Assembly: GCF_035594765.1 (NCBI RefSeq)
Contig: NW_026943821.1
Span: forward strand, 18,073,608-18,137,607
Reading direction: 5' to 3'
DNA from: Anolis carolinensis
Taxonomy: Eukaryota
Length of the DNA: 64,000 nucleotides
The position numbers and the translations under genes are program-made. Shown piece after piece: positions 41,334 through 52,360 of the stretch (position 1 is its first letter; each line of letters starts with the position of its first letter). The notes beneath the pieces are model-generated. The model saw only the letters and a program-made list of their open reading frames with translations. It did no database searches and had not been told where the DNA came from.

Positions 41334-44300
41334 ATGGAGCTGTCCGGTCTGAGCGCGGCGGAGGCGGAGGCAGAAAGCGGGCGGCGGGGGCTCTGTGGGC
41401 GCGTGCACGAGTCGGCGTCGCGGTGGGTGCTTCCGGAGGGCGCGCGGGCCTCGTACCTGGAGCGCGCCTCCTGCCTCCCGCCGCCGCTCTTCATCCTCCT
41501 CGTCAGCGCCGCCGAGGTGCGAAGGGAGGGAGGGGGCGAGGAGGAGTCCCGCTGCATTGGCAGCCCCCTCCCTCCCTCCCTTCCTTCCCCGGCAGAGCCG
41601 CCCTCTCGTCCTGTCTCCGCAGCTGTCCGTCTTCGCCTTCTACGCGGTGCGGGAGCCCCAGGCCCAGTGGGTGACGCTGGAGAGCGGCATCTGGGAAAGC
41701 CCCCTCACCTACCGCCCCGACCGGAGGAGCCAGGCCTGGCGCTTCCTCTCCTACATGCTGGTCCACGCCGGGTAGGAAAAGGCGGAGGAAGGGAATGCAT
41801 GGATATAGAAGCATTGAATGGCCTTGCAGCTTCAAAGCCTGGCTGATTACTGCCTGTGGGAAATCCTTTGTGGGGAGGTGTTAGCTGGCCCTGATTGTTT
41901 CCTGTCTGGAATTCCCCTGTTTTCTGAGTGTTGCTCTTTATTTACTGTCCTGATTTTAGAGTTTTTTGAATACTGGTAGCCAGATTTTGTTCATTTTCAT
42001 GAAAGAAACAAATGAATGAATGAATGGGTGGCACAGTGTGTTAAAGCGCTGAGCTGCTGAACTTGCAGACTGAAAGGTCCCAGGTTCAAATCCGGGGAGC
42101 GGAGTGAGCGCCCACTGTTAGCCCCAGCTCCTGCCAACCTAGCAGTTCGAAAATATGTAAATGTGAGTAGATCAATAGGTACCGCTCCGGCGGGAAGGGA
42201 ACGGCGCGCCATGCAGTCATGCCGGCCACATGACTTTGGAGGTGTCTACAGACAACGCCGGCTCTTCGGCTTAGAAATGGAGATGAGCACCAACCCCCAG
42301 GGGTTAACATCAGGGGAAACCTTTACCTTTACTACCATGAATGAAGAAAGGGGGGGGCAGAAAGACATCATACCATCCTGTCTCCTGTTCCATCCGTTGG
42401 CAGCCCCTCCCACCAAGGAATAACTGCCACTCTGGGACCAGAGTGAAGAATGGGGGGTGGGGGCAGGAAGACATCATACCAACCTAAGAGCCAGGAAAAT
42501 ACTTCCATCTTGCCTCCTGTGCCATAGCAACATGCTATGCTAATTTTACAAACACACACACACACACACATAATATATATACAACAATTTATAAATTATA
42601 ATATATTGTATATACTTATAATATTGGTGCCCCTGGTGGCACAGTGTGTTAAAGCACTGAGCTGCTGAACTTGCAGAATCAACATTGTAACCAATGGTTT
42701 TGTCCCTATTGTAGTTTTATAGGCAGTAGTTTGGGCAAAAACGTCAGCCTGTAGAAGGTGGGTCCTGTGGGACTGGCGGAGGGACCCTTTCCCCGTTGGG
42801 TCACTTCTTAGGTGGCTTTTGCTCAGCCTGAACTGAACCACAATGGCAGAACAGAAGCCTGAGTGTGCGGAATGCATTGGGACCTGGAAGAGCCTTGCTG
42901 TCCTCTGCTCGCTCTCTCCCTTTGCAGCATTGAGCACATCTTGGGGAACCTGGTGCTGCAGCTTGTCCTGGGGATCCCACTGGAGCTGGTTCACAAGGGA
43001 CACCGAGTTGGGCTTGTCTACCTTGCAGGAGTGCTGGGAGGTGAGCGGGAAATGAAGGGTCCTGTGGGGCGAGGGAGGGAGGGAGACAGGGCCGTGTTTC
43101 CTTCATGGGATTCTTGGAGCACCCTTGGGGCAGGCAGGTGGGTGCTGGATCAGGACCAGACCCCTCCAAGAACTGTGGGACCTTCTTCATTCTCCTTCCT
43201 TTCTTTCCAGGGTCCTTGGCCAGTTCAGTCTGTGACCCACTCCTGGGCCTTGTCGGAGCTTCAGGGGGTGTCTATGCTTTGATTGGAGGATACTTCATGA
43301 ACGTGCTGGTGGTAAGGAAGGGCCGGCGGGCAGGGGGAGGTGGGATAGAAATGTCATTCCACTTTGGGTGCCGTCTTTCCCTCAAATAATGGCGTTTGCA
43401 AGAGTGCAGAAAGCCCCATTACATTCATAGGATTGCTGTGAGCCAACACTGAAACACACAGATGTTAGCAAAACCTCACAGACTGTAACAAGAGGCAGCC
43501 AAACCGCTTGGAGACAGAACCCAATGCTGTGGGGACAGAATCTCTTTGGGCCCATGGGTCATAGCACACTTTAGCAGCAGAATCGTGAATCTGGGGGATC
43601 TGGCGTTGGCAAAGGCACTGACCTGTTCTTTCTGCTGGCAAAAGCAGCTGCTGTGATCAGTTGTGGGCAGGGAGGAGGTGGTTGGCAACTGACCTGAACC
43701 CAGAGACTGGCATCAAAGGCACAAGGGCCCATTCTTCTGGGGAAGGCGGCCATTTCTGTTATGGCAGAAACCTGTCCAGATGAAGTGTAGACACCCTTTG
43801 GCCACTGATGGGAATGCTGGGGGGTGGTGGTCATGCAGAGAAGCATTGTGCCCAGCAAGGCATCTGTAAGTCCAGGACTTACATGAGGCAACTATATTGC
43901 TTGGTAAGGAATGATGTTATAATAATAATAATAATAATATTTGTCCTTGTTTCTCTTATTTACAGAACTTCAGAGAAATGATCCCGCTGTTTGGTGTTGC
44001 CAGGCTGCTCTTCATCTTCATCATAGGTAGCCCTCCCTCCTTCTCTACTTCTCCTACCTCATTTCAGTCAGACTGGGAGGCTGCTGGGAGCCTCTGGGTC
44101 CTCATTCTGGCCCTGGAAAGGAGGAGTTATGGGTAGGGAAGAGTAAGAGGAAGCCCACCCTACTCCGTCATATTCTCTCCCAGCAGTATCTCATTTTATA
44201 AAGGTATCACACCTGGTTAGAACTTAGGATGACTGTACACTGCTCAGCTAAAGTGAGCCAGTTATTTCTGATTTGTGCGGTTTATGTATTTTTTTGTGGG

Positions 44301-45953
44301 GGGAAGCTTTCTGTAAACAGCCTACTTCTACTTACTCAGGATATGGGATCTGAAGGGATCTGAGTCCTGATGGAGACCACTTATGTCACCCAAAGGGCAT
44401 CCGGCCTCTCTGGCCATTGCTGCTTTGGCCCAGGGCGGTCTCCCGTCCAAGGGCGGACCAGGAGCATCTGGGATGGGCCTCTGCACTTGTTGGAGAGCAG
44501 AAGAGGAGGCCCAGAAACATGAGGGGGAGGGGGAGGCTTTTGGATTTGGCTTCTAACCCATTGTCTTGGTTTCTTAGTGGGAACAGACGTGGGGTTTGCT
44601 CTGTACAGAAGGTTTCTCTCAGATGCGGATGGGTTGAAGGTAAAAGCATGTCTTATGGGACCAGACCTCAGACTGCGGGGCATTCTTCTGCCATTCTGCT
44701 GAATAAAGCTGGTGTCCTTGTCTCCTTCCCTCCAGGCTTCTGGCGGCTGACTCTCCTCCTCTTTGCTCAGATGGGTTTGGACTCTCTTCCTTCTGCTGAC
44801 TTTCCATCGCAGGCAGTGGCTGCCCTCTACCTCCTCTCTCTTCTTCCTCTCTCTTCTTCCATGAGATGAGGCTGCCCTCAGGCTGGATGGTGCTCCCCTC
44901 CTCTGCCGTGAGTCTGTCAGGAGCCCCAGGGGGCTGAGGGATGCTTGGGAGGCAAGGCCAAGGTGGGAAGGTTTTTTTCGTGTCAGGAGCTACTTGAGAA
45001 ACTGCAAGTCGCTTCTGGTGTGAGAGAATTGGCCGTATGCAAGGACGTTGCCCAGGGAACACCAGGATCTTTTGATGTTTTTTACCATCCTTGTGGGAGG
45101 CTTCTCTCATGTCCCCGCATGGAGCTGGAGCTGATAGAGGGAGCTTATCTGCGCTCTCCCCAGGTGGGATTCGAACCTGGCAGCTTTCAAATCAGCAACC
45201 CAACCTTCAAGTCACAAGGCTTTAATCCACTACGCCACCGGAGGCTCCGGGTGGGAAGGTAATTCCCAGACTTCTGGGTGGCCCTGAGTGGAAGGGATCG
45301 TGTCCTCACCCTCCATTTCTGGCCGGCCCCCATTGTCCGTCACCCATGTGAGCACCCCACTGAGGGAAGGCAGACATCAGGATCCCCTATGCCGGTGGGG
45401 CTGCTGCCTTCCCCGAGAAGGTCTTTGGGTTGTACAAACCGGCCCTTTGGGAGCCTGGTAGCGCTCCTCCGAATAAGGGAGAGAGGTGGAACAACCCTCC
45501 GAGGACAGAAACGTGTGTTGGGGGCACCAGATGCATATGGCCTAATAGCCCTCTTGCTCTGTCGGCATGGAGCCCCCCCATATCCCCTTTGATTCTGCCT
45601 CCCTGGAGGCTCTTTGGGGCCAGCGCTCAGCTCCTGCCTGCTTTCTCATCTTCTTCTTCTCTTACTTCCTCTTGTGGCTGCCTCTGGCTCCTCCTTGAGC
45701 CCAAACAAATGGCACCATTAAGCGCATGTGTCAGTATCGTGTTTGTGTTGTGTATGTCTTCTCTCCAAAGGTTTCCTTCGTGGCCCACATTGCGGGCGGA
45801 CTGGCCGGGATGTCAGTGGGATACGTCATATTCAGCTCCTTCGACAGAAATTTCGCCAAGGACCCCCGGTTCTGGGCCTGCATTGGTGCCTATGTGCTCT
45901 TCATGGTGTTTGCTGTGTTCTTCAATGTGTTCCTCTCTCCAGCAAACCAGTAG
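41334..45953 (+). CDS. RHBDL2: Rhomboid-like serine protease 2, 7 coding exons, about 283 aa
   Basis: Exons 41334-41516, 41623-41771, 42928-43040, 43211-43311, 43966-44026, 44578-44639, 45771-45953; 852 nt in frame. WRF motif, HAG..H..GN, catalytic GASGG and AHIAGG. ATTAAA at 46096-46101. Confidence 0.93.
41810..42000 (-). mobile_element. Penelope-like tail fragment in RHBDL2 intron 2
   Basis: Reverse-complement match to about 40585-40770. Confidence 0.65.
42025..42333 (+). mobile_element. Sauria SINE
   Basis: Homologous to 1905-2236; (ACCTTT)n tail. Confidence 0.8.
44973..45249 (-). mobile_element. tRNA-derived SINE with 11-bp target duplication
   Basis: Flanked by ggtgggaaggt at 44962-44972 and 45250-45260. 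Confidence 0.8.
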
Positions 45954-46234
45954 AAAGATGGGATGGATGCCCCAGAGCCTTAAAGGATAAAAATATTCAG
46001 AAGTATATTTGTATGCTACGTTCTGCCTATTTGGGGACCGCACGGTCCCTTGCGCTGCCTTCTCACTACGGGACTGTGTGCCTTTTGTACTTGATATTAA
46101 AGAAACAGAGCTTTTCCATTGCTGTCCTTGTCCTCTGTTCAGGAGGTCTGGGGGTGGGGGCTGAGGGCCAGGCCATATAATGCAGTTGCATAGTGAGTCT
46201 ACACCAGGTATGGGCACACTTTGGCCCTTCCTCC

Positions 46235-46605
46235 AGGGTTTTTTCGGGCTGTATGTCCATGTTCCAGAAGCATTCTCTCCTGACATTTTCCCCACATCTA
46301 TGGCAGGCATCCTGAGAGATTGTAAGGTCTGTTGGAAACTATGCAAGTGGGGTTTATATATCTGTGGAATGTTTAGGGTGGCAGAAAGAACTCTTCTCTT
46401 GGAATGTTTAAATGAAAGTGTGTTTAATGAAAGTGTGAATGTTTCCATTGGCCAATTTGATTAGCATTGAATAGGTCTGGCTGCTTACTGCTTGGGGCAA
46501 ACCTTTGCCCCTTTTCCCTAGTTTCCAACAGACCTCACAACCTCTGAGGATGCCTGCCATAGATGCGGGCGAAACGTCAGGAGAGAATGCTTCTGGAATA
46601 TGGTC
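46235..46605. mobile_element. Back-to-back Penelope-like terminal fragments
   Basis: - copy at about 46235-46500 and + copy at about 46510-46605. Confidence 0.7.
46541..46581 (+). ncRNA. Minimal type I hammerhead ribozyme motif
   Basis: cct CTGAGGA t gcctgc catagat gcgggc GAAACGTC agg; core intact. Confidence 0.65.
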
Positions 46606-47532
46606 ACGAAGGGGCAAAGATGTAAAAACACTCCTCTTAATCCAAAGTCAAAAGCAAAAGGCCCCTTTTCTGTAAAGAGGGCGAGGAAAAACACCACAAA
46701 AATTGGATCTTCAAACTGCAAAAGAACTATTTATTGCGTGGCCATAGCAATGTGACAAATACATGCATACATGCAATCAAAGGATTTGTCCAAATTTCCA
46801 AAATGGTTGCAAGGGTTTTATCACCTCCACAGAAATTAGTAAGCATATCCTTATTGGTTTACAAAGATCATTTACCCCATTTGTCTAATGTTGTCTACGT
46901 CACAAGCATCTTTAACCATTATGCAATCTCTTTGGTTTTCTATGCTGTAACAACATGTAATTCTTTAGACAATGGTGCTTTCATGTTACTGACCCTGACC
47001 TGTTGCAAGTATACGCTCGAAATCCTATGGGAACCGGTTCTGACTTGATATATTGTTATTATTTGAAAGTAACTTATTTTCTCTGGAACAACTCTTTTCC
47101 CAAACATCAGCATTTTCTCTCAAGTGCAGGCCTTCCTCAAACATAGGCCTTTTGCAACTTAGGTCAATCAAAACATACGGGACTTATAGTCATTACAAAT
47201 ATCTTTGAAAATTCTTTTTAAACCCACGTCCCTCTCGGTCACACTGCCTGGAAAACTCACAGCAACCCAGTGATTCTGGCCACGAAAGCCTTCGACGACA
47301 CATTGGCCCCGCTTTTCAGAAGGAAAGTGGCACAGCGAGAGAGAGGGCAACAGAGAGAAAGGGATAGATAGACTGTGAATGGCAAGAGACAAAATCTTTC
47401 CAATGCTAATTAGGGTGATTAACTGAAACATTAATGCTGGCTTCCCAGTGACAAAGGACTCTTGTCACACCCTGGACTCTACACAGATATATATTCTTTC
47501 CTTTCCTTACTTAGTTTATCCATACCTCACAA

Positions 47533-47573
47533 CCTCTGAGGATGCCTGCCATAGATGTGGGCGAAACGTCAGG
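47533..47573 (+). ncRNA. Minimal type I hammerhead ribozyme motif, first of a tandem pair (second at 47685-47725)
   Basis: cct CTGAGGA t gcctgc catagat gtgggc GAAACGTC agg; repeated 152 nt downstream with a G-A mismatch closing helix II. Confidence 0.65.
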
Positions 47574-47904
47574 AGAGAATACTTCTGGAACATGGCCACA
47601 CAGTCCGAAAGACATACAACAACCCTGTGATCCCGGCCATGAAAGCCTTCGACAACTGACTGTGAATGTGTTTATACCTCATCACCTCTGAGGATGCCTG
47701 CCGTAGATGTGGGAGAAACGTCAGAAGAGAATGCTTCTGGAACATGGCCATACCGTTCGAAAAACACACAACAACCCTGTGAGTGGGGGGTGCTTTGAAC
47801 TCGATTTCCTGCTACTTGGCAGGGGGTTGGACTGGATGGCCCATGAAGTCTCTTCCAACTCTACTATTCTATGATTCTATGAGTATGTTTATGTGTGTGT
47901 GTGT

Positions 47905-48099
47905 GTGGCGGAAATGCGCCGGGCCGGAAGGCCGCTCCCAGAAATCTATGGCCTGAGGAGGGGGCGGAGCCTAGCAGCCGGGCGGTGATTGGGCTCATTG
48001 AGGCGCCGTCTCCATGGCGACAGGGGGACGCCGCCGGGCCTACAAGAGCCCCTCAGCGCAGGCGCAGTCCTGCTTCCGGAGCAGGCGAACGCTGCCCTG
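47905..48099 (+). promoter_or_regulatory. MYCBP: MYCBP promoter
   Basis: GC box at about 47961, inverted CCAAT at 47988, RFX X-box-like gtctccatggcgac 48008-48021, NRF1-like gcgcaggcgca 48056-48066, ETS cttccgg 48073-48079. Confidence 0.65.
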
Positions 48100-48982
48100 A
48101 TGGCGAATTACAAGGTAGGCGAGCAGCGCGAGGAGAAGATGGGGAAGCAGAGAAAGGAACCGGGGCTTCCGTGGGCTAATCCTTCTCCCTCCCTCTCTTC
48201 AGGCCGCCGACTCGAAGCGGGAGCAGTTCCGCCGCTACCTGGAGAAGTCGGGCGTGATGGACAGCCTCACCAAAGGTAGTAGGCCAGGAATGGGGCCAAG
48301 TTGGGCCTTCCTTGCAGGTGTTTTGGACTTCAACTCCCAGCATTCCTCACAGCCTCAGGCCCCTTCCTTTTCCCCCTCAGCCGCTTAAGCGGCTGAGGGG
48401 GAAAAGGAAAGGGCCTGAGGCTGTGAGGAATGCTGGGAGTTGAAGTCCAAAACACCTGCAAGGAAGGCCCAACTTTGGCCCATGCCAGTAGTAGGCCCAG
48501 GGAAGGGCCTAGTACTCTCTCTCTGTCTCTGACTCATTCTTCCTCTCTTTCAGTGCTGGTAGCCCTGTATGAGGAGCCCGAGAAGCCCAACTGTGCCCTG
48601 GAGTATCCTTCAAGCACTTACAAGCCTGCAGAAGGGAGGGAGGATGGACAACGGGACCCCTTCCCCTCTTCCCCTTCGCAGCCCTTCTTTCCTTAACTTC
48701 CCGGTGCAGCTTCCTCAAGCACCACTTGGGTGCCACGGCCCCGGAGAACCCAGAAGTGGAAGCCCTTCGCCTGGAAGTGGCGGAGCTGAAGGAGAAGTAC
48801 GAGGTCGTCCTGGAGGAGAACCGGAAACTCAAGGCCAAGGTCAGGGCGGCGAATGTAGTGGAGGGTTTTCACAAGCTCATCTCTTCTGGCAAAAGGCTAA
48901 TGGGGCTGCTCTTTACTCTTCGCAGCTGGCGCAGTATGAACCACCTCCAGAGGAGAAGCAACAACAGCAGCAGCAGCAGTAG
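48100..48982 (+). CDS. MYCBP: MYC-binding protein (AMY-1), 5 exons, 107 aa
   Basis: Exons 48100-48114, 48203-48275, 48554-48602, 48710-48839, 48926-48982: MANYKAADSKREQFRRYLEKSGVMDSLTKVLVALYEEPEKPNCALDFLKHHLG...LAQYEPPPEEKQQQQQQQ*. Confidence 0.95.
48285..48488. mobile_element. Palindromic hAT-type MITE in MYCBP intron 2
   Basis: Fold-back around ccgcttaagcgg; 8-bp duplication tagtaggc at 48277-48284 and 48489-48496. Confidence 0.85.
48603..48709 (+). other. MYCBP: U12-type (minor spliceosome) GT-AG intron of MYCBP
   Basis: 5' splice site GTATCCTT; branch site TTCCTTAAC at 48689-48697, about 12 nt from the 3' end; no polypyrimidine tract after it. Confidence 0.9.
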
Positions 48983-49010
48983 GAATGGGGGGACTCTTCC
49001 TATGGTTTGC

Positions 49011-49016
49011 AATAAA
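49011..49016 (+). terminator. MYCBP: Candidate MYCBP polyadenylation signal
   Basis: AATAAA 28 nt after the stop codon. Confidence 0.5.
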
Positions 49017-49618
49017 AACAGACAGGCAAGCAGGCAGAGCTTGACTCGGTCCTTTCCTTCTTTACTGCGCCACTGATTCTTCTTCTTACCCATCTTTGGG
49101 CACTCCTTGTGAGAGAAAGCACACAAAGCAGAGAGGGAGGCAGGCAGGAGAGGGCCTTTCCTCCATTGCTGTGGGAAGTCAGCAAGCAGCTGTGCAGTAT
49201 GGAATCGGAAACATTAACTGCTCTGACACACAGACCAGTCTTCAAGCCAGTCCCGTTTGATTGGCAGCTGCAAAGTGTGCTTCCCTATCAAAGTAGTTTC
49301 CCTTAAGAGCAGGGTCATAGCCAGAAAAAATGGGGGGGGGGGGTGTTTGAACATTTTTTGGGGGGGGGGGTTGAACCCCTAACACCCCCCCCCCCCCCCC
49401 GCTATAGGCCTGACAATATTTGCTTGAGATAGTGCTTGCAGTTCTAGAGGGACTTTTAATTTTTTGCGTCTCATAGACTTAGCATGGGGATTTGGTTAAC
49501 CAGTTAAAAATCATGAATAAACCAGGTTTTTTTTAAACCTGAAAAATTGGGGGGTGGGTGGGTTTGAATGGGTGGGTTTGAACCCCTAACCCCCCCCCCT
49601 CCCTGGCTACAGGCCTGA

Positions 49619-49896
49619 TTTTTTTTTTCATGTCAGGAGCGACTTAAAAAACTGCAAGTCGCTTCTGGTGTGAGAGAATTGGCCGCCTGCAAGGACGTTG
49701 CCCGGGGAACGCTCAGATGTTTTGATGTTTTGATCATCCTTGTGGGAGGCTTCTCTCATGTCCCCGCAGGGAGCTGGAGTTGATAGAGGGAGCTCATCCG
49801 CACTCTCCCTGGGTGGGATTCGAACCTGGCAGCTTTTAGGTCAGCAACACAACCTTCAAGTCACAAGGCTTTAATCCACTATGCCATCGGGGGCTC
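49619..49896 (-). mobile_element. tRNA-derived SINE inserted at the end of a G/C-run MITE-like element (about 49310-49617)
   Basis: Target duplication ctacaggcctg on both sides. Confidence 0.7.
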
Positions 49897-50819
49897 CTAC
49901 AGGCCTGCTTAAGAGGCCTATTGGGGGACTGACTTGAGAAGGAGGGAGGGAGAGGAGGAGTCCTGAGCCTTTAAGAGCTGCAGGTTTTGGGGACGGGGGT
50001 CTGGGAGGGGGGCACAGGGGGGAAGGGGAGGGAGGCAGGGGGTCTTGTCTCTCAGAAAGGTTTGCTGTGAGTTTTCCGGGCGGTATGGCCATGTTACGGA
50101 AGCATTCTTTCCTTTTGTTTCACCCACATCTATGGGTTGTGAGGTCTGTTGGAAACTAGGCAAGTGGGATTTATATAGATCTCTGTGCAATAATGTCCAG
50201 GATGGCAGAAAGAACTCTTGTCTGTTTGAGGCAGGTGTGAATGTTGCTATTGGCCACCTTGATTAGCATTGAATATTTATCATGTCACAAGCGAACCGAG
50301 GGTACAAGTTGTGATGTACAGTAGAGTTTCACTTATCCAAGACTTGCTTATCCAAGGTTCTGGATTAACCAAGGCATTTTTGTAGTCAATGTTTTCAATA
50401 TATCATATTTTGGTGCTAAATTCGTAAATACAGTAATTACAACATAACATTTTCTGTCAAATTTGTTGTATAACATGATGTTTTGGTGCTTAATTTGTAA
50501 AATCATAACCTAATTTGATGTTTAATAGGCATTTTCTTAATCCTTCCATATTATCCAAGATATTCACTTATCCAAGATTCTGCCGGCCCGTTTATGTTGG
50601 ATAAGTGAGACTCTACTGTATTTGGAAACACAAAGTTTAAAAACTTGGCATGATAATAAATGTCCTTTGACCAGTAGCTAGTCCCTTGGAGTGCGTCTGG
50701 TGTTTCTGTAAGACCTCGCATGATGCATGTTGCAGGGTTCAGGCTGCATTGTAGTAGGTGTTCTGTGGTTTACTCTTTTCCACACTTGCATGTTGTGGAC
50801 TCCACTTTGTGGCCCCATT

Positions 50820-51112
50820 TATTAAGCATTGAATAGCCTTGCAGCTTCAAAGCTTGGCTGTTTCTTGCTTGGGGGCAATCCTTTGTTGGGAAGTGTTATC
50901 TGGCCAGTTGCAACATTCACACTTGCCTCAAGCAGACATTCCACAGATATATAAACCCCACTTGCTTAGTTTCCAACAGACTTCAAAACCTCTGAGGATG
51001 CCTGCCATAGATGCGGGCAAAACGTCAGGAGAGAATGCTTCTGGGATATGGCTATACAGACCAGAAAGCTCACAGCAATCCGGTAATTCCGTCCATGAAA
51101 GCCTTCGATAAC
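50820..51112. mobile_element. Penelope-like terminal fragments abutting the RRAGC promoter
   Basis: Short - piece followed by a + copy; hammerhead GAAA mutated to AAAA. Confidence 0.7.
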
Positions 51113-51139
51113 ACAAACTGCACAAACTTGTTGCACGGC

Positions 51140-51281
51140 TCCCATGGGGCGCATGCGCAGAAAGGACGCGGGACAGACTTCCGGTCCGACGCCGCCTGGG
51201 TTCCCGGGAGAAGAAGGAGGCGTCGATCCGGAAGTGCTGGGAGGCCCTTCGAAGGCCCGCCTCTGTCGCTGCTCCCGGGCG
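51140..51281 (+). promoter_or_regulatory. RRAGC: RRAGC promoter / 5'UTR
   Basis: NRF1 palindrome gcgcatgcgca 51149-51159; ETS/GABP acttccggt 51177-51185 and ccggaagtg 51227-51235; CpG island. Confidence 0.7.
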
Positions 51282-52325
51282 ATGTCGGCGCTGCAGTTCG
51301 GCCCGGGCGGGCCCTCGTTGACCTCCAGTTCTGCCGAGGAAACCGGAGCGGCGGCGTTGGCGGGGGAGGCCTTCCCGAAGGACTTCGGATACGGCGCCGA
51401 CGAGGAGGAGGAAGAGGAGGACGATGACCGGGAAGCGGCGGGAGGAGGAGGAGGAGGAAGCGGGGCGGCAGGCGGCGGGGCCCCGGATGAGGAGGACGGC
51501 GAGGAAGAAGAGGAGGATGGCAGCGTCGGGGGCGGGGCCGGGATCGAGCTGGGCCTGGGCTCCGGAGGAGGAAGCGGCGCCGGGGACGCCTCGAAGCAGC
51601 CGCGGATCCTGCTGATGGGCCTCAGGAGGAGTGGGAAGTCCTCCATCCAAAAGGTGAGGAAGGGAAGAAGGGAGCGGTTTCCTAGGCAACGGTTCCCTTG
51701 ACGACCTCTTCCCCACCCCCTCCCCGGGAGCAGGAGAGGTGAGGGAGTGAGGGGCGGGGTCTCCTAGGCAACGGTTCCCTTGACAACCTCTGCCCAGGAG
51801 CCCCTGGTGGCTTGAAGGTTGGGTTGCTGACCTGAAGGCTGCCAGGTTCGAATCCCACCCAGGGAGAGCACGGATGAGCTCCCTCTGTCAGCTCCAGCTC
51901 CATGCGGGGACATGAGAGAAGCCTCCCCACAAGGATGATAAAAACATCAAAACATCCGGGCGTCCCCTGGGCAACTTCCTTGCAGACGGCCAATTCTCTC
52001 ACTCCAGAAGCGACTCAAGTTGCTCCTGACATGAAAAAAACCCTTAATAGTAAATAATAGTAAATAATAATAGTAAAGGTAAACGTTTCCCCTGACGTTA
52101 AGTCCAGTCATGTCTGACTCTGGGGGTTAGTGCTCATCTCCATTTCTAAGCCGAAGAGCCGGCGTTGTCCGTAGACACCTCCAAGGTCATGTGGCCGGCA
52201 TGACCACATGGAGCGCCGTTCAAAACTGCTCCCGGGGTTTGAACCTGGGACCTTTCAGTCTTCAGCTCAGTGCTTTAACTCACTTCGCCATCGGGGCTCC
52301 TTTTGATAATAATAATAATAATTAT

Positions 52326-52360
<35 letters not shown>

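Noticed and set aside
40748-41674. 308-aa ORF
   Set aside because: It runs through Penelope, MITE and CpG-island sequence in a different frame from RHBDL2 exon 1; low stop density in GC-rich DNA explains it.
51144-51281. In-frame upstream ATG extending RagC by 46 aa
   Set aside because: It lies among NRF1 and ETS promoter motifs, probably upstream of the start site, and the extension is not RagC-like.
50928-51716. Long antisense ORFs over RRAGC exon 1
   Set aside because: Shadow frames of a GC-rich, low-complexity exon.
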